A stretch of DNA of 64,000 nt from Histomonas meleagridis 2922-C6/04-290x (taxonomy: Eukaryota > Protista > Parabasalia): NCBI GenBank assembly GCA_020184695.1, contig JAANOX010000232.1, forward strand, positions 124,001-188,000, read 5' to 3'. The notes beneath the pieces were generated by a model that was given only the letters and a program-made list of their open reading frames with translations, ran no database searches and was not told where the DNA came from. The position numbers and the translations under genes are program-made. Within the stretch, counting starts at the first letter, position 1, and every line of letters starts with the position of its first letter. Positions 33,987-42,866 of the stretch are shown in pieces.

Positions 33987-36900
33987 ATGCTTATTTTTTC
34001 ATTCATTCAGTGCATTTCAAGTGAAGTTCATGTTTTTAACACAGTTATGGGTGGGAAGATATCATTTGATACCAGTCAAAAAAGGGCACTTTCATCATAT
34101 AGTCAATGGGTATTCGTATACTTCCCTAATTCTCCAAGTATCGAGCAACTGAATGAAGTAGGAATCGATTTACGAAAGGGTTTTGTTTATAAAAATGTTT
34201 ATAAACTTTTTTTGACCCCTAAACAAATTTCATTTTTGCAAAGTGTTAATGCTATAATCACACCTATTGGCCCGAACGACAAGCCCATGAACATTTCTCA
34301 AATTGAACATGCAACTCAATTGTATATCAAAGTGAATTTTCCGCATCGACCAGAAGAGCGTGACTTCAAAGTTCTCGTTCACGCACCTGACCACATTATT
34401 GTTGAGACGCAAAAACCTCTTGAGGTTGCTAAATTGTTCTGTGAAATCGAAGAAGTTGAATTTGTCTGTGCTTATATACAACCCATCTCAGCCAACAATG
34501 TAGCCTCAGGGTTTACTCAAAAGAATGCGTACACACTTGAAACTGATTCATATGGCAATACAGTTGCACCACGATATCTTGAAAGCAAAGGCATTACTGG
34601 CAAAAACGTCACTGTTGCTTTGCTTGATACAGGCATTGACTATTACAACACACTTTTTTATGACACAACCACCAAATTAATATTTAATAATTTCACGAAT
34701 CATCGATTCTTTACTTCATTTTTTGCATCACGTTTATTAATTAGTAATATTACAAAATCATTACAATCAACAGTTGGTGGCTATTTCAATATGAAATATA
34801 CATATGATTCAATTCAAGGTACAAATTCTTCGAATATTACAAAGGCTTATTATTCATCAATTGGTCCGACAGTTTTAGGTGTGATTAAACCAAATATAGT
34901 TGCGCCAGGTTCATTTATTACAAGTGCAAATTATAATACGTCAAGAGTACCTAATCATGGATCAACAGATGATTATGAAAATGATTTATTTTTATATGAA
35001 GGTACATCAATGGCTACACCTAATGCAGCAGGTGCAGCAGCATTAATTGCACAATATTTAGAAGGTGGTAATTATTTAGGTGAACAAATAAAACAAGCGA
35101 ATGCATTATTATTAAGATCACTATTAGTTGCATCTGCTTCAAGAAATGATTCAAGTTATACACCTGATTGTTATTTAGGTCATGGATTAATTGATTTATC
35201 TACAGTATTACCATTTGAAGGTGATAATTTCGGATTACGTTTTACTGAATATATTGAAATGACTGAAGGACAAAATCATCATATTGGTAAAATTAAAGTT
35301 ACTAATTCTAATACACCACTTAGAATTGTATTAAGTTCATATGATAAAGGATTAAATGAAATTTCACCTATAGCAATTTATTATGATTTAGATTTAATAG
35401 TCGTATCACCATCGAAGAAGATTTATATTGGAAATAATCGTATTAATGATACTGAACATTATACATTAAATGAAAAAGTTATTGTTCAAACATCAGAACT
35501 TGAACAAGGTGAATATGAAATTCATGTAATTACTAAAGTTAATATTGAACAAAATGATACAATACCTTATGTAGTTAGTGTAGTAGGACCATTTACACAA
35601 ACTGATATTACAACAAATCCAAAATATATTATAATGACAAATACAACAGAATGTATATCATCAGATAATGGTGAATGTAATAATGGTCTATTAAAATGTA
35701 AGACAGGTTATACTGGACAATTATGTAACATTCAAATTGAAGAAATGCCGAATAACATTGATAAAGCTATAATTACACTTAAGCCAAATACATTAAAACA
35801 TTTAAAGATTTCACCACAACCACAATATGATGAATTATATCTTGTCCACTTAGCACGTGATAATTCAAATCTTTATTCTTATTTATGGGATATGGGATCA
35901 CCAGATAATTATATTCCTGTATTAGCTAATAATGCATATTCTACTCGAACACAAAATACATTTTTCTCATCAACGAATATATTACCAACACTTGATGCTA
36001 AGAAAGAATATTATTATTTCATTCATAATAATTATCCTGAAGATGGGGAATTCTTGATATCAACAATTAACAAACCACATCAAAATGGATCATTATGTTT
36101 CTGTAATAATAATGAATGTTCACTTAAAGATGTCTGTGAATTACAAAACACTTATTCATCAAATGAATCAATTTATGGAATACTTACTTATTTATATGAT
36201 CGAGTAACTTATATTGATAAAGATATTTATATGTCATCAATAATATTCTTAGCACAACTTAAACTTAACTTCGAATTACTTAATAAGAATGTTAGACATT
36301 TAATTACATTCACTGATACTATATCATTGTTTTCATTAGCTAAATTTGAACCTTCTTTAGTAGCTAATAATTTGGATATTAATTTCATCGATAATAACAT
36401 TCGTTTAACTAATACTACTTCTGTTTTCTTCAAATATATGGAACTTAGGAATGTTACATTTGTTGAAAATAGTTTAATTAATTTGGATGTAAATGAATTA
36501 ATTATTGATTATGAATCTTATAATGAACAAAAATTAAAAGTTTTAAGTTCAATTAAAATGAATAATTCTCAAACTCCAATTCCAACGATAAAATTATATA
36601 ATAATTATATCGAATTCATTCATGCAAATAACAAATCAAAGAAAATTAATTTAATCGAAAACCTTAAAATCGAATTCTTTGTGAATTATAATAATGTTAC
36701 CTTAGATGTTAAGAGTGGTCAAAATGATAAATTCAATATACCAAATGGTGTCGAAATTATAATAAACGTCGACGGGTTATCGGGCGTAGTATGTAACATC
36801 GATAGCAGTATCAGAGATAAAGTTTCGTTGTCGACTGACAAGCCTCATAAAGGATTAACGACACTGCAAATAGTATTAATCACTGTGGGATGTGCACTGG

Positions 36901-36995
36901 CAGTCGCAATCATTGTGGTGGTGTGCGTCATATGCATAAAGAGGAAGAAGAATAAGGAATTGACAACAGACACAGTGCGAAAGGATCTTCTTTGA
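33987..36995 (+). CDS. Subtilisin-like (S8, KP-43-type) type I membrane protein lacking the catalytic His segment
   Basis: LLDTGID (D214), SSIGPT..KPNIVAPG, GTSMATP (S341), jelly-roll region, EGF-like Cys, C-terminal TM plus basic tail; no HGT motif. Confidence 0.85.
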   Translation: MLIFSFIQCISSEVHVFNTVMGGKISFDTSQKRALSSYSQWVFVYFPNSPSIEQLNEVGIDLRKGFVYKNVYKLFLTPKQISFLQSVNAIITPIGPNDKPMNISQIEHATQLYIKVNFPHRPEERDFKVLVHAPDHIIVETQKPLEVAKLFCEIEEVEFVCAYIQPISANNVASGFTQKNAYTLETDSYGNTVAPRYLESKGITGKNVTVALLDTGIDYYNTLFYDTTTKLIFNNFTNHRFFTSFFASRLLISNITKSLQSTVGGYFNMKYTYDSIQGTNSSNITKAYYSSIGPTVLGVIKPNIVAPGSFITSANYNTSRVPNHGSTDDYENDLFLYEGTSMATPNAAGAAALIAQYLEGGNYLGEQIKQANALLLRSLLVASASRNDSSYTPDCYLGHGLIDLSTVLPFEGDNFGLRFTEYIEMTEGQNHHIGKIKVTNSNTPLRIVLSSYDKGLNEISPIAIYYDLDLIVVSPSKKIYIGNNRINDTEHYTLNEKVIVQTSELEQGEYEIHVITKVNIEQNDTIPYVVSVVGPFTQTDITTNPKYIIMTNTTECISSDNGECNNGLLKCKTGYTGQLCNIQIEEMPNNIDKAIITLKPNTLKHLKISPQPQYDELYLVHLARDNSNLYSYLWDMGSPDNYIPVLANNAYSTRTQNTFFSSTNILPTLDAKKEYYYFIHNNYPEDGEFLISTINKPHQNGSLCFCNNNECSLKDVCELQNTYSSNESIYGILTYLYDRVTYIDKDIYMSSIIFLAQLKLNFELLNKNVRHLITFTDTISLFSLAKFEPSLVANNLDINFIDNNIRLTNTTSVFFKYMELRNVTFVENSLINLDVNELIIDYESYNEQKLKVLSSIKMNNSQTPIPTIKLYNNYIEFIHANNKSKKINLIENLKIEFFVNYNNVTLDVKSGQNDKFNIPNGVEIIINVDGLSGVVCNIDSSIRDKVSLSTDKPHKGLTTLQIVLITVGCALAVAIIVVVCVICIKRKKNKELTTDTVRKDLL

Positions 36996-37079
36996 GTATT
37001 AAACGATTATTTCTTTTAATCTTTTGTTTTAATTATTGTAATCGAAGAAAATGTTTAATTACGATATGTTACATTAGTA

Positions 37080-37247
37080 ATGAATTCTGGTGCGTTTAGA
37101 ATCAGAATTGTTAAGAAAAATAATAAAAAAGTAATATCAGATGAAGATGTGAAAAATTATAATGATATTTGTGATTGGTGTATTTGTAGAATACATCACC
37201 TTGAATATGCAATACCTTGTGGACATATTATATACAATATTAGTTAA
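37080..37247 (+). mobile_element. SWIM-type zinc-finger remnant, probably from a Mutator/MULE transposase
   Basis: 55-aa ORF containing C-I-C-x10-C-G-H (CICRIHHLEYAIPCGHI); no TIRs seen. Confidence 0.45.
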
Positions 37248-37536
37248 ATAAAAGTTAAAGCTTCTTGATGGAATGATACATTTTGAGGAATTTAGAGTTG
37301 AAGTACTCTAAATTGACTTAAAATTGCTCAAATTTTTCATCATATATTTGGTCGAACAAAGATACTAAAATTCGTTATTATTGACTGGGTTTGGCTGGGG
37401 AAAACAATAATTCTTGAAACTTTTTGTTTATGCATTTGGTGAACCTATTGACACTTTTTTGCCTACAATGTTCGATAGATCTTGTGCAAAAACATTTTCT
37501 TAACGAGAAAAATTCGAAAATATTCTATCATCCAAA

Positions 37537-38590
37537 TCAGTTGTATTTATATCCTTGATTATCAATTCCTTCTTGTTCTAAAAGTAAATTAACTATTTCT
37601 GTATGAGCATTTTCAGATGCTCTAATAAGTGCTGTTCCATATAATTTAAATAATTTCCAAATATTATTTTGAAATCCAAAATTATTAAAATAAATATAAA
37701 ATAAAACAAATAAATATCTTTAGCATTTACATCAATTCCTTTTTGTTTAAGAAGTAATTTAACTATTTCTGTATGACCATTCCAAGATGCCATAATAATT
37801 GCTGTTTTAAATAATTTAAATAATTTCCAAATATTATATTGAAATATGAAATTATTAAAATAAATATCAAATAAAACAAATAAATATCTTTAGCATTAAT
37901 GTCAATTCCTTCTTGTTCAAAAAGTAATTTAACTATTTCTGTATGACCATTCCAAGATGCCATAATAAGTGCTGTTTCAAATAATTTAAATAATTTCCAA
38001 ATATTATTTTGAAATATGAAATTATTAAAATAAATATTAAATAAAACAAATAAATACCTTTAGCATTAATGTCAATTCCTTCTTGTTCAAAAAGTAATTT
38101 AACTATTTCTGTATGACCATTTTTAGATGCCATAATAAGTGCTGTTTCAAATAATTTAAATAATTTCCAAATATTATTTTGAAATATGAAATTATTAAAA
38201 TAAATATTAAATAAAACAAATAAATACCTTTAGCATTAATATCAATTTCATTTTGTTCACAAAGTAATTTAACTATTGCTGTATGACCATTTTCAGCTGC
38301 ATATATAATTGCTGTTTTAAATAATTTAAATAATTTCCAAATATTATTTTGAAATCCAAAATTATTAAAATAAATATAAAATAAAACAAATAAATATCTT
38401 TAGCATTTACATCAATTCCTTTTTGTTTAAGAAGTAATTTAACTATTTCTGTATGACCATTTTCAACTGCATATATAATTGCTGTTTTAAATAATTTAAA
38501 TAATTTCCAAATATTATTTTGAAATATAAAATTATTAAAATCAATACCAAATAAAACAAATAAATACCTTTAGCATTAATATTAATTCCT
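37537..38590 (-). repeat. 170-bp tandem array: 6 ankyrin cassettes with 80-nt AT-rich spacers
   Basis: GCTGT (reverse complement ACAGC) at 37631, 37801, 37971, 38141, 38311 and 38481; cassettes translate as TA[L/I]I.AS..GHTEIVKLL.EQEGIDINAK[D/G]. Confidence 0.97.
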
Positions 38591-39759
38591 TCTTGTTTCA
38601 GCATATATTCAACAAGTTCAATATTAAATGATCCAGTTGAGTTAACTAATATGTCTTCAGGAAGTTTGTTTTCTTTAAAGAAATCTATAACAAGAAATAT
38701 ATTTCCATTATTTGCTATAACATCAATAAAAGAATCATTAATTTTCATTCCTTCTTTTTGTAAAAATGAAAAAATTTCATAATTATTATAAAAAATACAG
38801 TTTTTTCCTAATTTTTCTAAATTATCAATTTCTTCTATTTTATTTTCATAAAGATATAAAAAGATATCATTCCGATGAAACTCAATTGCTGTTTTATATG
38901 CACTTTTAAATGATGAATGATTTTGTTCACATAAATGGATAATTTCTTCATTTCCACAAGCAACTGCATATTTACCTGCATTATTTACTTTTGCACCATT
39001 CATAAGTAAATATTTAAAGCATTTAATTGCAGAAAAAAATGCTGCATATTCAATTAATGTAACTTCTTCATAATTTTTATTAATAAATGAACACCTTTCA
39101 TAAAGTGATGGCTCAATTATTTGATTAAAATCAAAATTTGGTTGTGATGATATTTCTTGAAGTTTTTCTATTTCATCATTTCGAATTATTTTCGAAATTT
39201 CATTTGGATTATGTCCTTCTTCAATATATTTCTTGTGAAGTTCCCAATCATTCTTTGAAAGTTCTTCATAATTATCATAAAAACATTCATTAAATTCACA
39301 AAAATCTTTTAATTTTTTTTCTGGAATATAATGAGCAAAATAAAGCTGTTTTATATTTTTGATAATTTTTGATTGTATTAAATGTCGTTGAATCATTTTT
39401 TCAAGAATATAAAATGATTCTTGTGTGCGTTTATTAATTAGATAACGCGCATACAAATCAAATATATTTAATTCAATTTTAATTTTTACTTCTAATGACA
39501 TAATTTCATTAAGAAAATTTAAATAAAAATCAATATCGTTCATTTTCGTAGTAATGACTGTGTGAGTAATTTGAATAATAATTAAATTAAAAGATATAGG
39601 ATAAATATTATCAAATTTGTTAACGATTGCTTTTGTAGATTCATTAATATTTTCTTTGGTCAGATTAAAAATCAAACGCTCAATAGATATCAATGTTTCT
39701 AGATTATTTGCATGTTTTTCGTCCTTGGATTGACATTCCATTTTTAGGATGTACACCAT
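38443..39759 (-). CDS. DUF3447/ankyrin-repeat protein, N-terminal ORF of cassette locus B
   Basis: Paralog of 29127-30332 sharing YEELSKNDWELHKKYIEEGHNPNEI; reads through spacer 1 into cassette 1 out of frame. Confidence 0.85.
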   Translation of the reverse strand: MVYILKMECQSKDEKHANNLETLISIERLIFNLTKENINESTKAIVNKFDNIYPISFNLIIIQITHTVITTKMNDIDFYLNFLNEIMSLEVKIKIELNIFDLYARYLINKRTQESFYILEKMIQRHLIQSKIIKNIKQLYFAHYIPEKKLKDFCEFNECFYDNYEELSKNDWELHKKYIEEGHNPNEISKIIRNDEIEKLQEISSQPNFDFNQIIEPSLYERCSFINKNYEEVTLIEYAAFFSAIKCFKYLLMNGAKVNNAGKYAVACGNEEIIHLCEQNHSSFKSAYKTAIEFHRNDIFLYLYENKIEEIDNLEKLGKNCIFYNNYEIFSFLQKEGMKINDSFIDVIANNGNIFLVIDFFKENKLPEDILVNSTGSFNIELVEYMLKQEGININAKGIYLFYLVLILIILYFKIIFGNYLNYLKQQLYMQLKMVIQK

Positions 39760-40669
39760 ATATAAAAATTTTTTGTGTTCGAATCGACAGAGCTTTGTTT
39801 GGCTGTATATGCATACAATTCAAATTTTTTTTCTTTGCTGTTTACCAGCTGGACAAAAATGATTCCGAATGTTTTGTGTATAGACACCTCAAATTCTTCT
39901 CGATAAAGAAACCAAATATATATTTAAATTATTTTGGATGTTTTGTTTAAAAAAATTGAGTAATTTCCAACAATTTCATATTCTAGAGCTCATTGAAAAA
40001 ATTTTCTGAGAGATAGAGCGACATGAACAAACTAAAAAAAAAAATCTACAAAAACATTTTCAAAATTGGGTTAAATATTGTTTTAATTCGTCAGAAAAAA
40101 TCATATTACATAATTAAAATCAATAAATTTTTACATATATAATATAATTGATTCATCAATTCGTTTAATTCCTCATAGATCTAGCTTTTTTATTAATAGA
40201 TCTTAATTGAATAAAGTTAATTCAATAAATAAAATTAATTTTAATAAAAGGTGTTTACTGCAATAACAAGTTTTTGACATTCAATTTCAGCCTCAAGTTT
40301 ATAATTCTGTTGTTCTGCAGATTGCCAATTTACTATTTTGTCTTACCATTTCTCATTTTTACAAAGTTCGCCCAAAATCTTATAGTATTTCAAATTTCAA
40401 TATTTTCATCTTTAGTTGTTATTAAAATTTCATTAATTGCCAATGCTTTAAATTTTTTTATCTGATCTTTTGATTTTTTCAAGTAAATTACCATAAATCT
40501 TAAATGTGTTTACTTTTTTGGTGAAACAGAACCAACCATATATGAAAATGCTTGATTTTTCGATTGATATTAAAGTCTTGTTATTTGTACAATTCACGGT
40601 GGCACATTTGGAAGATTTCAAGTAACCACTACAATATTATCGGGATGTGTATCACCACCAAATATATTT

Positions 40670-40800
40670 ACTCAATCTAATACATTCACTGGATTAATCA
40701 TTGTATTTACGAGACAAATACATTTACTAAATCTAATACATTCTCACATTCAAATACATTTTTTCAAAGTAATGCATTTTCGAGGTCTAACCCGTAGATT
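40670..40800 (+). pseudogene. Remnant of an S/T-rich (SNTF) stalk repeat of a surface protein
   Basis: TNTFTKSNTFSHSNTFFQSNAFSRSN with no intact ORF. Confidence 0.4.
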
Positions 40801-41190
40801 CCATTCAGATTTCTTCATAATTAGCCCCGAATCTTGTCAAAAATTAAGATAAAGGTATTAATACATATTCTGTTGTTACAAATATATCAAATGTTGGCGA
40901 AAATCCACATGTAGAAGATTTCAAGGAAGGGCATTTTGTTAATATTTGAATAAGTTTTAATTTCTTTAACTTTATGATTAAAAATTGAGTTTAAACTTGC
41001 CAAACTTTGTACCATGACAATAATAAATAAAAATTTGTATAAGCAATTATACTTTTTTATAATAAATATTTATTTACTTCTTTGTTAACAAACATTAAAG
41101 CAATTTTGCATGAAAAAGTTTAATCATTAAGCACTTATCTGTATAATTCATTTAAATCAAAAAATAACTCAAAAAGATAATTGATCACGT

Positions 41191-41610
41191 TTATGTAAAT
41201 GCTCTGAATACGCAAACTGCTTTTCCGTTCTCTCTCTTTGCGCACAGTGGATAAGCACCATCTCCATAACCACTGAATGTAATAACGCCTCGAGGAACCA
41301 CTCCCATTAGTGGTGCGTCTCTATCTTCAAGTAAAGATGTGCATAAAATGGAAAACTCTTGTTTGATTTATTGATCTTCCTGATCTGTCATAAAACATCC
41401 ATCTCTTACTACATATTTTCTGAACCTATTCAATGCCTCCTTATCTTTAGCCATGAAGACGTCATTTGTATTAAAGAAATGTGACTGTGAAGTTAGCGTT
41501 GACATTGCAATATCACTTCCAACCAATCCATACACTTCAAATCCAAGCATGTCATTCACAGGCGTTATCTTGTTTCTCTCAATATTCTCATGATTTCCAA
41601 CAACTTTCTT
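41191..41610 (-). pseudogene. Interrupted gene with an SGYGDGAY motif (DUF4241-like)
   Basis: Single frame ...GCFMTDQEDQ*IKQEF..GVITFSGYGDGAYPLCAKRENGKAVCVF; internal TAA at 41368; no ATG in the upstream part. Confidence 0.5.
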
Positions 41611-41764
41611 GTGTAAGTTTTAGAAAATTTTTGAGTGAATTTACAACCGAATCTCTGTATTGAATTTTTACCACCCATTTACCCCCTAAACAATTCAGAA
41701 CATGACGTTGAAGATTTGCAAAGTTTACAGAGTAAATTGAGAATGCCATAATGTTTATTAATAA

Positions 41765-42466
41765 CTACTCGGCCTGTTGCTCTGACTTCAATGACTCTAT
41801 CCTGGACCTTATCCTCTCGAGCTTTGGGTCTTCGTATGTAGATATTTGATTTCCACATTGTTCAAGTTCATCGGAGAGTTTAATTAGATATTCGCAAGAA
41901 GCAATCTTCTTCGTGGCGTAAAGGTCCATAGAATGGATAATGAGCTTGGATAAGTTTTGGCGGTATTCGTCTTCTTCTTCCTTAAGTTGTGCTTGTCTTC
42001 GTTCGAAATTCTCAATGTCAGTCTTCTTTTGTTCAGCCAAAGTATCATATTCCGTTTGGGCTTTTTGCATTTCAGGAGAGCCGGGCTTTGATGATCGAAG
42101 TTGACCGAGTTTTGTTTCTGCTTTCTCAACTGCTTTTGTTGTTTTCTTTGCGCGTTCTTCAAGTTGTTGTGTATGCTTACGATTCGATTTGATGCCATCA
42201 TTTAAAGAACGGATTTTTGCAAGTTCACAACGGATATCAACAAATTTATCGCCTACTTCTTTATAATTTTGTTCAGCTAGCTTAAGCTTTTCTTCAGAAT
42301 GAAATACTGGCTCTTGAATCTGTTGTGCTGGTTGCTTACGTATAAATTCAGTGAGTGGCTTTCCATGACCGCTTTCATATGCTGCATACCTTTTTGTGGA
42401 ACATGTTGTTATTATTTCAAGGCTACGATCCATGTTATGCCATTCAGGGAAGGATTTCGTGAACAT
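41765..42466 (-). CDS. Coiled-coil, BAR-like hypothetical protein
   Basis: 233-aa all-helical ORF with a pattern similar to 57109-57993. Confidence 0.7.
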   Translation of the reverse strand: MFTKSFPEWHNMDRSLEIITTCSTKRYAAYESGHGKPLTEFIRKQPAQQIQEPVFHSEEKLKLAEQNYKEVGDKFVDIRCELAKIRSLNDGIKSNRKHTQQLEERAKKTTKAVEKAETKLGQLRSSKPGSPEMQKAQTEYDTLAEQKKTDIENFERRQAQLKEEEDEYRQNLSKLIIHSMDLYATKKIASCEYLIKLSDELEQCGNQISTYEDPKLERIRSRIESLKSEQQAE

Positions 42467-42866
42467 TTTAACTGGAAATTATTTTTACTGTTTCTTCTAA
42501 TAAACCGCTTCAATTCAAAATTAAATTTAATTCGGGCCACCCCATTTGAGGATAAGCACAAAAAGAATCATAAAAAAAGTCAGCTTTTGAATTTTCAATC
42601 ATTAATTAAAGTATGCTTTTATTATCGCAAATAACATATATGGTGGAATACATCCTGTAAATTAAGTTTTGATAATGATAAAAAGAAATTCGACAAAGAT
42701 GATGAAAAGCACCTTTTGTGAAATGTATTCAAAAGTACTTGATTTCTGTGAAACTGCTCTTTTGTCAAAAAATTTCAACTGAAAAACGATCATAATTAAC
42801 ACTTAATTTTATCGATTCAAAAGTAAACGTTCTCTGAAATCATCAGAAACATTTTGCAATTTTTTA

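Noticed and set aside
37593-38133. Three 66-aa ORFs treated as independent small genes
   Set aside because: Each is one array unit (cassette plus spacer read-through); covered under the array finding
30270-38590. CRISPR-like interpretation of the 170-bp arrays
   Set aside because: Eukaryotic context, no cas genes, and the units encode ankyrin repeats; both halves of the unit are homologous between copies
32509-41370. Stop-codon reassignment as an explanation for in-frame TGA/TAA/TAG in accessory genes
   Set aside because: Conserved genes here terminate normally with TAA, TAG and TGA, and the affected genes also carry frameshifts
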